A DNA stretch of 58,682 bases, taken from contig DASUGM010000063.1 of the NCBI GenBank assembly GCA_036274055.1, forward strand, positions 1-58,682, read 5' to 3'. This DNA comes from Vicinamibacterales bacterium. GTDB lineage: Bacteria > Acidobacteriota > Vicinamibacteria > Vicinamibacterales > SCN-69-37. The notes below the pieces were generated by a model. The model saw nothing but the letters and a program-made list of their open reading frames with translations, made no database searches and was not told the origin of the DNA. The position numbers and the translations under genes are program-made. Shown in pieces: positions 37,615-47,861 of this stretch (within the stretch, counting starts at the first letter, position 1; every line of letters starts with the position of its first letter).

Positions 37615-38701
37615 ACCACTGCTGTCTCCGTATCTCCACTGGGCGAAAACGCGGCAGCCGGCGGCGATCGATCTGGCCGGCAGCAACCTGCTCCACTGCG
37701 ATCTGGACGACCTGCCTGGCGCCCGCGATGCAGTCGAGCTGGCGGCGCGCAACGACGAAGGCTTCATCCCGCTGCGCGAGGCAATCGCCGCGCACTACGG
37801 CGTGACGCCGAATCGCGTCGTCACCGGCACCGGCTGCGCGGGCGCTACGTTCCTCGCCATCGGCGCCATCGCGCGCGCCGGCGATGACGTGCTGGTCGAG
37901 CGGCCGGCGTACGACCCGCTGATGGGCGCGTGTCGGCTGCTGGGCATCAATGTCCGCCGATTCGATCGCCGCGCTGACGAGGGCTATGCCGTCGATCCCG
38001 ACGCCGTCCGCGCGCAACTGACGCCACGGACGCGCGCCGTCATCCTCACCAGCCCGCACAATCCGTCCGGTGTCGGCCTCGACGCCGACCGCCTCGAGGC
38101 CGTCGGCCGCGAAGCGGCACGCGTCGGCGCCGTCATCATCGTCGACGAGGTCTATCTCGACGGCGCCAACGCCTGCGGCGACGCGCGCCGGCCGTTGATT
38201 CCCGCGGCGCGCCTCGACGGACCGTTCATCTCAACCAGCAGTCTGACGAAGTCCTACGGCCTGGCCGGCCTGCGGTGCGGGTGGGCGATCGCGCCGCCGG
38301 AGATCGCCGAGCGCATTCAGCGCACCCGCGACGTCGTCGACAACGTCTGCAGCGTCCCATCCGAGCGGCTCGGCGCGCTCGCCTTTCAACAGCTCGCGGC
38401 GCTCACCGCGCGCACGCGACGGATCCTCGGCGGCAACCTTGAACGGGCGCGTGAGTTCTTCGCGTCGCGGGCGAAGCTGGTGCTGCCCGGCCCGCCGTCG
38501 TCGTCGATCGTGTTCGCCCGGCTCGACGATGCGTCGAAGACGCGCGGGTTCGTGCAGCGGCTGCTCGATGGCTACGGCGTGGCGGTCGCGCCCGGTCATT
38601 TCTTCGAGTCGCCGGATCATTTCCGCGTCAGTGTTGCCGGCGATCCGGAGGTGCTCGCGGAAGGCCTTCGCCGGCTCGGAGCCGCGCTCGATGCCGAATG
38701 A
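37607..38701 (+). CDS. Pyridoxal-phosphate-dependent aminotransferase (class I/II)
   Basis: PLP-lysine context SSLTKSYGLAGLRCGWAIAP and NPSG motif (SPHNPSGV). The GTG start overlaps the permease stop. Confidence 0.8.
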   Translation: MAEPLLSPYLHWAKTRQPAAIDLAGSNLLHCDLDDLPGARDAVELAARNDEGFIPLREAIAAHYGVTPNRVVTGTGCAGATFLAIGAIARAGDDVLVERPAYDPLMGACRLLGINVRRFDRRADEGYAVDPDAVRAQLTPRTRAVILTSPHNPSGVGLDADRLEAVGREAARVGAVIIVDEVYLDGANACGDARRPLIPAARLDGPFISTSSLTKSYGLAGLRCGWAIAPPEIAERIQRTRDVVDNVCSVPSERLGALAFQQLAALTARTRRILGGNLERAREFFASRAKLVLPGPPSSSIVFARLDDASKTRGFVQRLLDGYGVAVAPGHFFESPDHFRVSVAGDPEVLAEGLRRLGAALDAE

Positions 38702-39932
38702 ATGGCCGCCCCTCCTTCCGTTGGCGGTCGGCGTTCTCGGCGGACTCGCGGTCGGGATCGAGCGCGAATGGAGTGGCAAGTCGTCGGGGCCGCATGCCCG
38801 ATTCGCAGGGCTCCGCACGTTCACGCTGCTCGGGATCATCTCGACGCTGAGCGGCTGGCTATGGACGAGCGGCCTCCAGGGCCCGGCGGCGATTCTGCTT
38901 GGCGGCGCGGGCGGGCTGGTCGTCGTTGCCTACGCCGCGGCGAGCCGGCGCGACGTGGACGGCACGACCGAAGTCGCCGCCATCGTCGTCCTCACCGCCG
39001 GCGTCATGGCTGGCGCGGGTGCGACGAAGTTCGCGTCCGGCATCATCGCGCTGACCGTGCTGCTGCTGGTCGAGAAGAAGCAGCTCCACGGCTGGGTGAG
39101 CAAGCTCGACCGCGAGGAACTGCGGGCCGGGGCGCGTTTCGCGGTCATGGCCGCGGTGATCCTGCCGCTGCTGCCGCCCGGCCCGTACGGCCCGCTCGGT
39201 GGCATCAAACCACGCACGCTCTGGGCCCTGGTGCTGTTCTTCTCGGGCTTGAGCTTTGTCGGGTACATCGCCCAGCGCGCGGTCGGCCGCGACAAGGGCC
39301 ATTTGCTCACCGGGACGCTCGGCGGCCTGTTGTCCTCGACGTCAGTCACGCTGACGTTCTCGCGCCTGAGCGCGGCCCATCCCGCCGCGGGTGCGTCGCT
39401 CGCCGCCGGGACGATGGGTGCGAACGTCCTGTTGTTTCCGCGGATTCTCGCCGCGACGGCCGTGCTCGCGCCCGAACTTTCGCGCGCCGTGTGGCCCGCG
39501 TTCATCGCGCCGGCGATCGCCGGAACCGCGGTCGCGCTCATCGGTCTGCGACGCACGCAGCCGGCTGCGCCGGCCAACGCGAAAGCCAATCCGCTGCAAC
39601 TCGGTGCGGCGCTCCAGATGGCGGGACTCTTTCAGATCGTGCTCTACGCGGTGGCGTTCACGAGCGAACGGTTCGGTCAGGCTGGCATCTTCGGCTCCGC
39701 CGCGGTGCTCGGCCTGGTCGACATGGATGCGCTCACCGTCTCGATGTCACACGTCACGAAAGCGGGCACGAGCGCGGCGACCGCCGCCCAGGCCATCGTC
39801 ATCGGCGTTCTCGCGAATACCGTCGTCAAGCTGACAATTGCGCTGGTCATCGGGCGAGGGATCTATCGCGTGATTACAGCGGCTGGGCTGATCCTCATCG
39901 GCGCGGCGCTTGCGGCGTGGTCCGTGCTTTAG
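38691..39932 (+). CDS. MgtC/SapB-family membrane protein with DUF4010-like C-terminal half
   Basis: N-terminus MPNEWPPLLPLAVGVLGGLAVGIEREWSGK...AGLRTFTLLG (MgtC signature region) followed by multiple further TMs. Confidence 0.8.
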   Translation: MPNEWPPLLPLAVGVLGGLAVGIEREWSGKSSGPHARFAGLRTFTLLGIISTLSGWLWTSGLQGPAAILLGGAGGLVVVAYAAASRRDVDGTTEVAAIVVLTAGVMAGAGATKFASGIIALTVLLLVEKKQLHGWVSKLDREELRAGARFAVMAAVILPLLPPGPYGPLGGIKPRTLWALVLFFSGLSFVGYIAQRAVGRDKGHLLTGTLGGLLSSTSVTLTFSRLSAAHPAAGASLAAGTMGANVLLFPRILAATAVLAPELSRAVWPAFIAPAIAGTAVALIGLRRTQPAAPANAKANPLQLGAALQMAGLFQIVLYAVAFTSERFGQAGIFGSAAVLGLVDMDALTVSMSHVTKAGTSAATAAQAIVIGVLANTVVKLTIALVIGRGIYRVITAAGLILIGAALAAWSVL

Positions 39933-40053
39933 TGCGGAGTGCCAGGTGCGTCAGTGCTACAAGCGCAGCGCCGATAGAGACGGCGGCGCCGGCGTGTTGT
40001 CTTGCGGAGAGCTCCGGTCGACGCCGCGGGAACCGCGCTCCAGCGGCAACGCG

Positions 40054-40980
40054 CTACTTTTCCCTGGTCTCCTGCTTGAACACCCGCAGCGCCGTCGTCA
40101 CCATGGACGCGACGTCAGCGACGTTGGCGGGCAGGATCACCGTCGTGCCGGCCTTGGCGAGCTCGCCGAAGCGATCGACGTACTGTTCGGCGACGCGCAA
40201 CTGCGTCGCCTCGACGCCGCCGGGTTGCCGGATCGCGTCGGCGACCTTGCGGATCCCTTCGGACGTCGCGTTGGCGACGGCGAGGATCGCCGACGCCTGC
40301 CCTTCGGCTTCGTTGATCTGCTGCTGGCGCCGTGCTTCCGAGGCTTTGATCACCTGCTGCTTCTCGCCCTCGGCGTTGTTGATCGCGGCATCGCGCGCGC
40401 CTTCGGAGGTCAGGATGACGGCGCGCTTCTCGCGTTCGGCGCGCATCTGCTTTTCCATCGCCGCGAGCACATCGTGCGGCGGCGTGATGTTCTTGATCTC
40501 GTAGCGGAGCACTTTCACGCCCCACGGCTCCGACGCCTTGTCGAGTTCCTGCACGACCTGCATGTTGATGTTCATGCGCTCTTCGAAGGTCTTGTCCAGG
40601 TCGATCTTCCCGATCTCGCTGCGCAGCGTCGTCTGCGCGAGCTGGACGATCGCGAACACATAGTTGGAAATCCCGTACGACGCGCGTTCGGGGTTCATGA
40701 CTTTCAGGTAGAGGATGCCGTCGACACCGACCTGGACGTTGTCCCGGGTGATGCAGACCTGCGCCGGGATGTCGACCGCCTCCTCCTTCAGTGAATGGCG
40801 GTAGCGGATGACGTCGAGAAACGGAATCAGGATGTGGAAGCCGGCCTGAATCACGCCCGAGAAGCGCCCGAGCCGCTCGACGACGTAAGCGCTCTGCTGC
40901 GGCACGACGACCGCGGTCTTGGCGATGACGATCAGGACGACGAGCGCGGTGACGGCGCCGACGATTGTGTATGGCGTCAT
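40054..40980 (-). CDS. SPFH/Band-7 (stomatin-like) protein
   Basis: N-terminal TM and SPFH core (VVPQQSAYVVERLGRF...TRDNVQVGVDGILYLKV...LRSEIGKIDLDKTFEER), followed by a coiled-coil region. Confidence 0.95.
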   Translation of the reverse strand: MTPYTIVGAVTALVVLIVIAKTAVVVPQQSAYVVERLGRFSGVIQAGFHILIPFLDVIRYRHSLKEEAVDIPAQVCITRDNVQVGVDGILYLKVMNPERASYGISNYVFAIVQLAQTTLRSEIGKIDLDKTFEERMNINMQVVQELDKASEPWGVKVLRYEIKNITPPHDVLAAMEKQMRAEREKRAVILTSEGARDAAINNAEGEKQQVIKASEARRQQQINEAEGQASAILAVANATSEGIRKVADAIRQPGGVEATQLRVAEQYVDRFGELAKAGTTVILPANVADVASMVTTALRVFKQETREK

Positions 40981-41426
40981 GAACGAGCCCCTTCCGGCTC
41001 GACGTACAGCATCAACTGGTCAACGCGCACCACCCGGCAGCGCGCGCCGCGCGGGAGCGAGAGCGGCCCAGTGGTCCGCGCCGACCACGAACTGCCGCGC
41101 AATTCCACCTTGCCGACGCCGCCGGGGCCCAGATCGTCGAGCAGGACGCCGACCTCGCCAATCAGCGAGTCGACCGGCGGCAACTGGGGATCGGCCTGGA
41201 ACCACTGGAGCAGGCGCGACCGGAACAATGCCAGCGACGTCACCGAGAGCACGGTGAACAGCCCGAGTTCGACGGCCAGGTCATGGACGAGGCCGGCGCT
41301 GTCGAGCAAGCCGACAATCACCGCGGCAATGCCGAAGAAAATGATGAAGAACCCGCCGGCCGCCGCCAGTTCCGCGGCGATCAAGAACAAGCCCAGAACC
41401 AGCCAGTGCCACCAGAGAATCTCCAT
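40977..41426 (-). CDS. NfeD-family membrane protein
   Basis: Three N-terminal TMs plus a C-terminal OB-like domain (GKVELRGSSWSARTTG...RVVRVDQLMLYVEP). 4-nt overlap with the SPFH gene, the classic NfeD-stomatin pair. Confidence 0.85.
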   Translation of the reverse strand: MEILWWHWLVLGLFLIAAELAAAGGFFIIFFGIAAVIVGLLDSAGLVHDLAVELGLFTVLSVTSLALFRSRLLQWFQADPQLPPVDSLIGEVGVLLDDLGPGGVGKVELRGSSWSARTTGPLSLPRGARCRVVRVDQLMLYVEPEGARS

Positions 41427-41450
41427 AAGACTCCGGATTATACAGACAGC

Positions 41451-41969
41451 CTACCGGCGGCCGTCGGCAGTCAGGAGTTTTACGGTGGTGATGAACTGGC
41501 CGGCGTGCCGCGTCGTGTGCTCGGCAGCGTGGAACAGCAGGCCGAGCATGTTCGATGGCAGCCCCGCGCGCCCGACTTTCCGATCGTCGAAGACGCGATC
41601 GGAATCGGTCGCGCGCAATTGCGCGAGGCCGACGTCAACCGCGGCGGCAAGATGGCGCGCGAGCGCCACGCCGTCCATCTCCGGATGCGGCTGCGACTCG
41701 AACCGCAAGGCGGCCTTCTGCGCATCGTTCAGTGCTTCGCCGCGCGCGTAGCTGAACAGGCGATCGAGCGCCCCGGCCATGTGCAGCACATGAAACGCGG
41801 CGCTGGCGGCGCCGCGCTGCGTCCACAGCACGTCGGTGCTGGTGCGAGGCGCGACCGCATCGATGTCTTCACGCGCGGCAACCAGCGCGTGTGCCACCGG
41901 TTGCAGCACTGGCGCAACGCCGTCGACCGGACCACGCAGCCAGACTTCGGGGGACGGAATCACTGTCAT
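41451..41969 (-). CDS. DinB-family protein
   Basis: Four-helix DinB_2-like pattern with conserved His contexts (AFHVLHMAG, LFHAAEHTTRHAGQ). Confidence 0.75.
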   Translation of the reverse strand: MTVIPSPEVWLRGPVDGVAPVLQPVAHALVAAREDIDAVAPRTSTDVLWTQRGAASAAFHVLHMAGALDRLFSYARGEALNDAQKAALRFESQPHPEMDGVALARHLAAAVDVGLAQLRATDSDRVFDDRKVGRAGLPSNMLGLLFHAAEHTTRHAGQFITTVKLLTADGRR

Positions 41970-42051
41970 GGCACGATCTTAGCAACATCAACGCAGGATG
42001 GCGGGTCCGGCTCCGGGCAGGGCCGGTGTGGCCCGCCGGAGGGACACAGTG

Positions 42052-42651
42052 ATGCGACTCCGACCGTTGATGCTGCTCACCGCGATGCTGGTCTGCCTGC
42101 CGGCGCTCGCGTTGGCTCAGGACTTCGGCGTGATGGAATCCGCCGAGACGATCAACAAAGGCAATTTCAAACTCCGCGGCAATCCGATGTTCGTGTGGGG
42201 CCAGGACGCCAACGCGACCACCGGCGTCGCGATCGCCGCGGGATACGGCTTCACACCGCGCTTCGACGCCGAGGGGCAACTCGCCTTCTACGACGGCGTC
42301 TCCTTCTTCGGCGGCAACGCCGAGTACTGGCTGATCAAAGATCGCCGGCTCGACTTCTCCGTGGCCGGCGGCCTGCACGGCAGCGCCGGCGACAACGCGC
42401 GCGATTCGATCGGCGTCGATCTCACTTTCCTCGGCAGCAAGCACGTCGCGAAGAAACTCGAACTCTACGGCGGTGTCGATATCGCCTTCGAGAACCCCGA
42501 AGACGCCGAGGGTTTCACCACCGTCCACCTGATTCCGGGTGTCGAGTACAAGATTCACGACGACCTGGATTTCGTCAGCGAGTTCGGCATCGGTCTGAAC
42601 GACAGTTCACGGCACTACTTCGCGATCGGACTCGCGTACTACATTCGCTGA
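42052..42651 (+). CDS. Putative outer-membrane beta-barrel protein
   Basis: Signal peptide MRLRPLMLLTAMLVCLPALALAQ, alternating beta-strand pattern, C-terminal aromatic-ended strand (FAIGLAYYIR). Confidence 0.6.
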   Translation: MRLRPLMLLTAMLVCLPALALAQDFGVMESAETINKGNFKLRGNPMFVWGQDANATTGVAIAAGYGFTPRFDAEGQLAFYDGVSFFGGNAEYWLIKDRRLDFSVAGGLHGSAGDNARDSIGVDLTFLGSKHVAKKLELYGGVDIAFENPEDAEGFTTVHLIPGVEYKIHDDLDFVSEFGIGLNDSSRHYFAIGLAYYIR

Positions 42652-42661
42652 TCTACGTCCG

Positions 42662-42794
<133 letters not shown>

Positions 42795-42825
42795 TTTGGC
42801 ATGGCCCTTGAAACACCAGACCCGG

Positions 42826-43260
42826 ATGGATCCGCGCACCGAGCAACTGCTCGCGCGACGAGGAGCCGAGGCAACTGCGCCCGCGCGGCCGAAGTCCGCG
42901 TTGATGCGTTGGGTGGACGCGCATCGCACCGTCACCGCCGCACTCGTCGTCGGCGTCGTGGCGATTGCGGTCGCCGGCCACTACGCTCTGGTGACGCTGC
43001 CGGCACAGCAGGCCGAAGAGATCTCGCGCGTCGAGCAGGCAGCCGGACAGCGCAAGGCCGCCGACGACCTGGCCGGCGCCGAAGGACTCGAGGCGTGCCT
43101 GGCGACGGCGCAGAGCGCGCATCGGGTCACGTGGGATCAGGCGTGCTCTGACCGGAACCGCAAACCCGACTGCACGCTGCCGCGCACGCAAGCGGCGCGA
43201 CTCGCCGAGCTGCATCGCCAGGCGCGTGCGCAGTGCCTGAAGCAATACTCGATTCGCTGA
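42826..43260 (+). CDS. Hypothetical single-pass membrane protein
   Basis: ATG at 42826 (MDPRTEQ), TM (VTAALVVGVVAIAVAGHYALV), Cys-containing helical exterior. No recognised family. Confidence 0.45.
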   Translation: MDPRTEQLLARRGAEATAPARPKSALMRWVDAHRTVTAALVVGVVAIAVAGHYALVTLPAQQAEEISRVEQAAGQRKAADDLAGAEGLEACLATAQSAHRVTWDQACSDRNRKPDCTLPRTQAARLAELHRQARAQCLKQYSIR

Positions 43261-43264
43261 ACGC

Positions 43265-44206
43265 TCAGCCGCCGAAGTACCCTTTCCTGGCTCGAATCGT
43301 CGCGCCGCGGCGCGACGGAATCTCGACGCGCAGATCGTGCCAGCCGCCGACGTCGACACCTCGCATCGTGTAACGCAGAAGGTAACTCTGACGGAAGTCG
43401 TCGAACGCGCGCTGAAAGGTATCGACGATCGACGTGCCGTCGCGCACCTCGCGGGTGTCGCCGCCGGTCAGCTCGGCGGCCTCGCGAAGGTTCGCGACGC
43501 CGCGCTGGTCGGCCAACACATGGAACCACGTCGTGCGGAGGGTGGCATACCCTTCGTCGCTCGTCCGGAAGCGCTGCGCCAGCGGCTGCGTCGGCGTCAC
43601 CAGCACGAGATGCAGCACCGCCTCGGCCCGTCGCGCGACGTCGCGGACGCGCGTCGAATCGAGCACGCTCCCCTGCTCGACGCCGTCGGAAATCGCAATG
43701 ACGAGATGACGCCGATCCGGATCCGGGCGGTGCATCATCGCGACAAAACACGCGTCGTAGAGGGACTGAATCCCGCCGAGGCGGACGGTCATCCGTCCGG
43801 CCTGGTCGCCGCGGATCCAGCCGGTGACGTCGGTGACCTGATTCTCGAGGGTCAGCAGGCGGACGCGATCGTCGCGACGAAGCAACGTGCCGATACGCCG
43901 CAGATCCTCGTTGCGCGCGGCAAGCTGCCGCACTTCCGCCTGATTCATCGTGCCTAGGAACAGGGTGACGTCCACGGGCACGCCGCCGATCGAAACGTCG
44001 TCGATGACTTGGCGGACGCCATTGTCGGTGACGACGAAGTCGCCGGCGGCGAGGCCGAGGATCGCCTTGTTACCGTCCTTCACAGCGACATCGACGAGCA
44101 CTGCACGCGTCCCGGCGCGAAACACCTGGGGCTGCTGCGCCAGGACGACGACCGAGGCGGCGATCGACACTGCGACGACCGGCACGATGCGGAAGCGTCG
44201 TCTCAT
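43265..44206 (-). CDS. VWA-domain protein of the acidobacterial VWFA-related type (TIGR03436-like)
   Basis: Signal peptide, then the characteristic N-terminal segment (FRAGTRAVLVDVAVKDGNKAILGLAAGDFVVTDNGVRQ) followed by a VWA-like fold. Family name is from memory. Confidence 0.75.
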   Translation of the reverse strand: MRRRFRIVPVVAVSIAASVVVLAQQPQVFRAGTRAVLVDVAVKDGNKAILGLAAGDFVVTDNGVRQVIDDVSIGGVPVDVTLFLGTMNQAEVRQLAARNEDLRRIGTLLRRDDRVRLLTLENQVTDVTGWIRGDQAGRMTVRLGGIQSLYDACFVAMMHRPDPDRRHLVIAISDGVEQGSVLDSTRVRDVARRAEAVLHLVLVTPTQPLAQRFRTSDEGYATLRTTWFHVLADQRGVANLREAAELTGGDTREVRDGTSIVDTFQRAFDDFRQSYLLRYTMRGVDVGGWHDLRVEIPSRRGATIRARKGYFGG

Positions 44207-45303
44207 CGGATCGCCGCCCGCAGGTCACCGAGCATCGCTGGAATGAGCCGCAGATCGCCGTAGCCGAAGTAATGCCACGGGTCGTCCGGCTTCGGCTGCG
44301 CCGACAACGCGTCGGCGACGAGGGCGTAGGCGTCGTCCGGCTTGCCGGCCAGGAAGAGGGACGCGGCCAGTGCGTTGGTCGCCGATTGCGCGCCAGGGAC
44401 GATCGTCAATGCGTCGCGGTACTGTTCCAGCGCTTCGGCCGGCCTCTTGAGGTGATCGAGTGCGCGACCGGATAGAAATACCGCCAGATAGGCGATGAAC
44501 GGATCGCCCGATCGCCGGGCCCGCGCGTACGACTCGAGGGCCGCCGTCGGCTCGTGCAGCGTGAAGCGAAGATAGCCGATGCGCAGATCCGCCTCTGGCT
44601 GCAAGTCGCTGTTCGCGCGCAGCACTTCGAACCGCGCAATCGCTTCCTGCGCACGGGTGCGTCGCTGCGCTTCAGGAGTTCTCTTGTCGAGGACGTTCGT
44701 CGGCACCCAGTCGGCATCGCGGGGCGGCTCGGAATCGGCGGTCGCGGCGACGAGCTCGGCGGCCGCAAGCTGGAACCGTGGTTCCGTTGGGAACCGTTTC
44801 TGCGCGTGCGCGACGTGATTCACCTGGCGCTTGGCCGGCGCGTTTAATGATCCAACAGGACTGCCCGGACCGGCCCGCGTGACCAGCTGGCCGTCGTCGC
44901 GCGTCCGGACGAAGACCGCCACCGAGGTGCGGTACCAGAGCTCGGTGGCGGCATCGCCGGTGTCGTTGCCACTGAGGAGCTTGCAGCCGAGCTCGACGAG
45001 CGGATCGACGTCTTCCGGCCACAGGAAACGCGAGGCGACGTCGAGCGCGAAGGTCGCCGCGATAACGCGCTGGCGCTGGCGTGCCGCCGGCGTGCCGGTA
45101 TCGGTGCCCAAACCGGCACGGCGCTCGAACTCTTTTCGCAGCAAACCAAAGTTCGGCGAAGACAGATACGACTGCACCGCTCCGTCGTAGTCGCCGGCGG
45201 CATAGCGATCGATGAGCGCGGCAGCCGGATTCGGCGCCTGCGCGCTGGCCGCAGCTTGCACTGCCAGAACCGCGACGAGCGCGAACGCCACGCGATTGGT
45301 CAC
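44203..45303 (-). CDS. Hypothetical secreted helical-repeat (TPR-like) protein
   Basis: Signal peptide MTNRVAFALVAVLAVQAAASAQA. Ala/Leu/Arg-rich helical repeats. 4-nt overlaps with both neighbours. Confidence 0.55.
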   Translation of the reverse strand: MTNRVAFALVAVLAVQAAASAQAPNPAAALIDRYAAGDYDGAVQSYLSSPNFGLLRKEFERRAGLGTDTGTPAARQRQRVIAATFALDVASRFLWPEDVDPLVELGCKLLSGNDTGDAATELWYRTSVAVFVRTRDDGQLVTRAGPGSPVGSLNAPAKRQVNHVAHAQKRFPTEPRFQLAAAELVAATADSEPPRDADWVPTNVLDKRTPEAQRRTRAQEAIARFEVLRANSDLQPEADLRIGYLRFTLHEPTAALESYARARRSGDPFIAYLAVFLSGRALDHLKRPAEALEQYRDALTIVPGAQSATNALAASLFLAGKPDDAYALVADALSAQPKPDDPWHYFGYGDLRLIPAMLGDLRAAIR

Positions 45304-46973
45304 GGCCGTCGACCAGTTGCCTGGGCCGACGGCAGGGCCGCGATGGCGTCGGCGCTGCGGATGACGACTTCACCACGCGCCATGTTCGGTGTCCATCGGA
45401 CAGCGTCGATCACCCGGTCTGCTACTGACTCGCCAGGTTCGAGAACGAGCCAGACTTCGTTGATGCGTTCATCGACGAGCTTATCTGCAGCGTCGTAGTA
45501 CCGAGTCAAACAGACCATCGAGCGATACGCGGTGGTCGCGGACTGGTTGTGCACGACGATCGACCAGGTCGCCAGGCCGCGAACGAGCTGCAGCCGCGCG
45601 TCCGTGACCTTGAGATCGACGACCGCCTTCCCGCTCGCTTCCGCCGACATGCGTTCATCAGCCGGTACGTTTCTGGCCCAGGGGCGCCGATAGGCCAGGA
45701 GCGACGGCTGACGAAGGCGAATCGCGTCGGCGACCACAGCGCGCTTCATGTAGAGGGACGGTCCCGAGAAGCGCTGAACGGCCAGCGCGCTTTGAAAGAT
45801 CAGGTTGGCGACCAGCACCACGAGCGCGACGCGCCGCCATCGCGGCGAATCGATGAACGTCCAGCAGTACGCGGCAAACAGAAACGCGACCGGCGCGGTG
45901 ACGTAGAACGAACGCGCCTGCGCGGGCTGCATGACCAGAAAGAACGAGCCGGAGACCAGGACGACGGTCGCGATCGTCATCCAGCGGACCGCCGGCCATT
46001 CGCGGAGCGGCGATCGCCGGAACGCCATGGCCAGCATGAACAGCGGATGAATGATGCCGACGATCCACACGAAGCCGGCCACCGGCACGAGCCACCACCG
46101 CTCGGCCAGAAAGACCACCGGACTGCCATCGCCCGCGCTCGCGATGAATCGTCCGACTTCGAAGCTCGCGAATGAGAACAGACGACCCGTCGTGTTCAGA
46201 AGGGTCGTCAACGGGTTGCGCCAGTGGAGCAACAGATTCTGTCCGGTGTCGCCGGCGCCGCTCAGTTCGGCCGACGCGAGGAACGTCGGCACGGCGAGGC
46301 TGATCGTCAGCAGCAGGCCGAGGGCAAACGCGACCGTCGCGCCGGCGACTGCGCGCGCACCTTCCCTGACGCGCGACAGAAACGCGATGCCGGCAAACGG
46401 GAGCAGCAGCGGCCAGGACATGTGGATCTGGAACATCCAGCCGAGCGCGGCGCCCATCATCAGGTGCGCGGCGCGAACCGGTACGCGGCCGATCGACAGC
46501 ATCGGCCAGGCCTCGAAGAACCCGATGAAGAACACGATGCTCGCCGGCAGCACGTACGACGTGTTCAGGATGTGCGTCGAGTATTCGAGCGTCCAGGGAA
46601 TGGTCAGCAGCCAGCCCCAGATCAGCCAGCGCGGCACGGTCGGCAATCGCGCCGACAGGTAGGCGGCAAACAGGCAAAGCGCCGCAAACGACACCAGGTT
46701 GAGAAACACGTACGGCGCTTCCGGAATCGCGACGACGTCGAGCGGCAGGCCGACGAGCAGCGCCTGCAGCGCGCCCGGGATCTCGCTCTGCGTCCAGACC
46801 ACATCGGGCCCGAAATACGGCCACTGGTGCGTGGCGTGATAGCGCAGGCCGAGCAGATAGATTTGTGTCTCGTCGTCGGAGAACAGCTCCTTGGAGAGGC
46901 CGAAGGCGAGACGAAACGCGAAGCCCGCGACCAGCAACAGGGCGAAGACGAGGCGGGGTGACAAGCGGCGCAC
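45300..46973 (-). CDS. Polytopic membrane protein, GT-C (ArnT/PMT-like) glycosyltransferase fold (tentative) with C-terminal soluble domain
   Basis: About 11 TMs. Acidic motif after TM1 (LFSDDETQIYLLG), as in the first external loop of GT-C enzymes. Roughly 150-aa C-terminal non-membrane domain. Confidence 0.55.
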   Translation of the reverse strand: MRRLSPRLVFALLLVAGFAFRLAFGLSKELFSDDETQIYLLGLRYHATHQWPYFGPDVVWTQSEIPGALQALLVGLPLDVVAIPEAPYVFLNLVSFAALCLFAAYLSARLPTVPRWLIWGWLLTIPWTLEYSTHILNTSYVLPASIVFFIGFFEAWPMLSIGRVPVRAAHLMMGAALGWMFQIHMSWPLLLPFAGIAFLSRVREGARAVAGATVAFALGLLLTISLAVPTFLASAELSGAGDTGQNLLLHWRNPLTTLLNTTGRLFSFASFEVGRFIASAGDGSPVVFLAERWWLVPVAGFVWIVGIIHPLFMLAMAFRRSPLREWPAVRWMTIATVVLVSGSFFLVMQPAQARSFYVTAPVAFLFAAYCWTFIDSPRWRRVALVVLVANLIFQSALAVQRFSGPSLYMKRAVVADAIRLRQPSLLAYRRPWARNVPADERMSAEASGKAVVDLKVTDARLQLVRGLATWSIVVHNQSATTAYRSMVCLTRYYDAADKLVDERINEVWLVLEPGESVADRVIDAVRWTPNMARGEVVIRSADAIAALPSAQATGRRP

Positions 46974-47008
46974 GAGTGCGACCAGTATCGCTCAGGCCGA
47001 TTGTCCCG

Positions 47009-47791
47009 CTACTTGCCCGGCGTCGAATCCAGCAGCACCACGCGCGCGCCGAGGTTCTGGATCGGCCGGTTGGTGTGGCCGAGATGCTCCAGCTTCGTGA
47101 ACGCGCTGATCTGCCCGGCCGACATTTCGATCGGCGTCTTGAATACGTACCAGGTGAGGCCCTCGGTGCACGGCGGCGTCGTCAACGATCCGGCGTAGGT
47201 GAAGAACGTCGTGTCGGCAGGCAGCAACGCGCGGGCGTCGATCGTCGCGCCGGCGGGCGCGCTCTTGTGGCCCGACCTGGCGGGCAAACTCTGGAACGCC
47301 CTCGTCAAGCCTGTGTTTTCCTTGCCGGCCTTGATGAACACGCCAACCACGGCGGCCGGCTTGCCGGCGGCGTCGACGTGGACGAGATGCGCTTCCATCG
47401 GATACGAGATGCCGTCGACGGTGTGCTCGCTTGGCGCGTGGAAGTGGAACTGCGCGAGCGTCAGCGCGCTCGTCATGCCGACGCGGCCGAGCTTCGAGCC
47501 CGCGTCGTAGGTCATCTGAACGGTGTGGCCGTTGTTGGTCATCAACAGCCGTGAAGGCTTATAGGCAAATGCGAGGTTCGGCAGGTCCTGCGGTTTCGCG
47601 ACGCCAGCTGCGAGATCGATCGGCGTCTGCTGCGCACCGGTCGCGCACGCCTGATTGCCGGGCAGCGTGCCCCATTTCGCCGGACCGACGTCGTCGCCGT
47701 GGTCCTCGTAGGCCCAGTGTTTCGCTTGCGCTCCGAGCGTCACGATCACAAGACCGGCGGTCACGACGATCGATCGGATGAGTCGAGTCAT
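47009..47791 (-). CDS. Alpha-class carbonic anhydrase (secreted)
   Basis: Signal peptide MTRLIRSIVVTAGLVIVTLGAQA. HWAYE, QTPIDL, NNGHTVQM, FHFHAPSEHTVDG...EAHLVH (zinc His triad context), PPCTEG. Confidence 0.9.
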   Translation of the reverse strand: MTRLIRSIVVTAGLVIVTLGAQAKHWAYEDHGDDVGPAKWGTLPGNQACATGAQQTPIDLAAGVAKPQDLPNLAFAYKPSRLLMTNNGHTVQMTYDAGSKLGRVGMTSALTLAQFHFHAPSEHTVDGISYPMEAHLVHVDAAGKPAAVVGVFIKAGKENTGLTRAFQSLPARSGHKSAPAGATIDARALLPADTTFFTYAGSLTTPPCTEGLTWYVFKTPIEMSAGQISAFTKLEHLGHTNRPIQNLGARVVLLDSTPGK

Positions 47792-47861
47792 ACGCGGAGC
47801 CTCCCCGGTGGCGATCTCGGATTCTACGCCAGCAGGTTGACGCCGCGTCGGCGTGTCTGAA

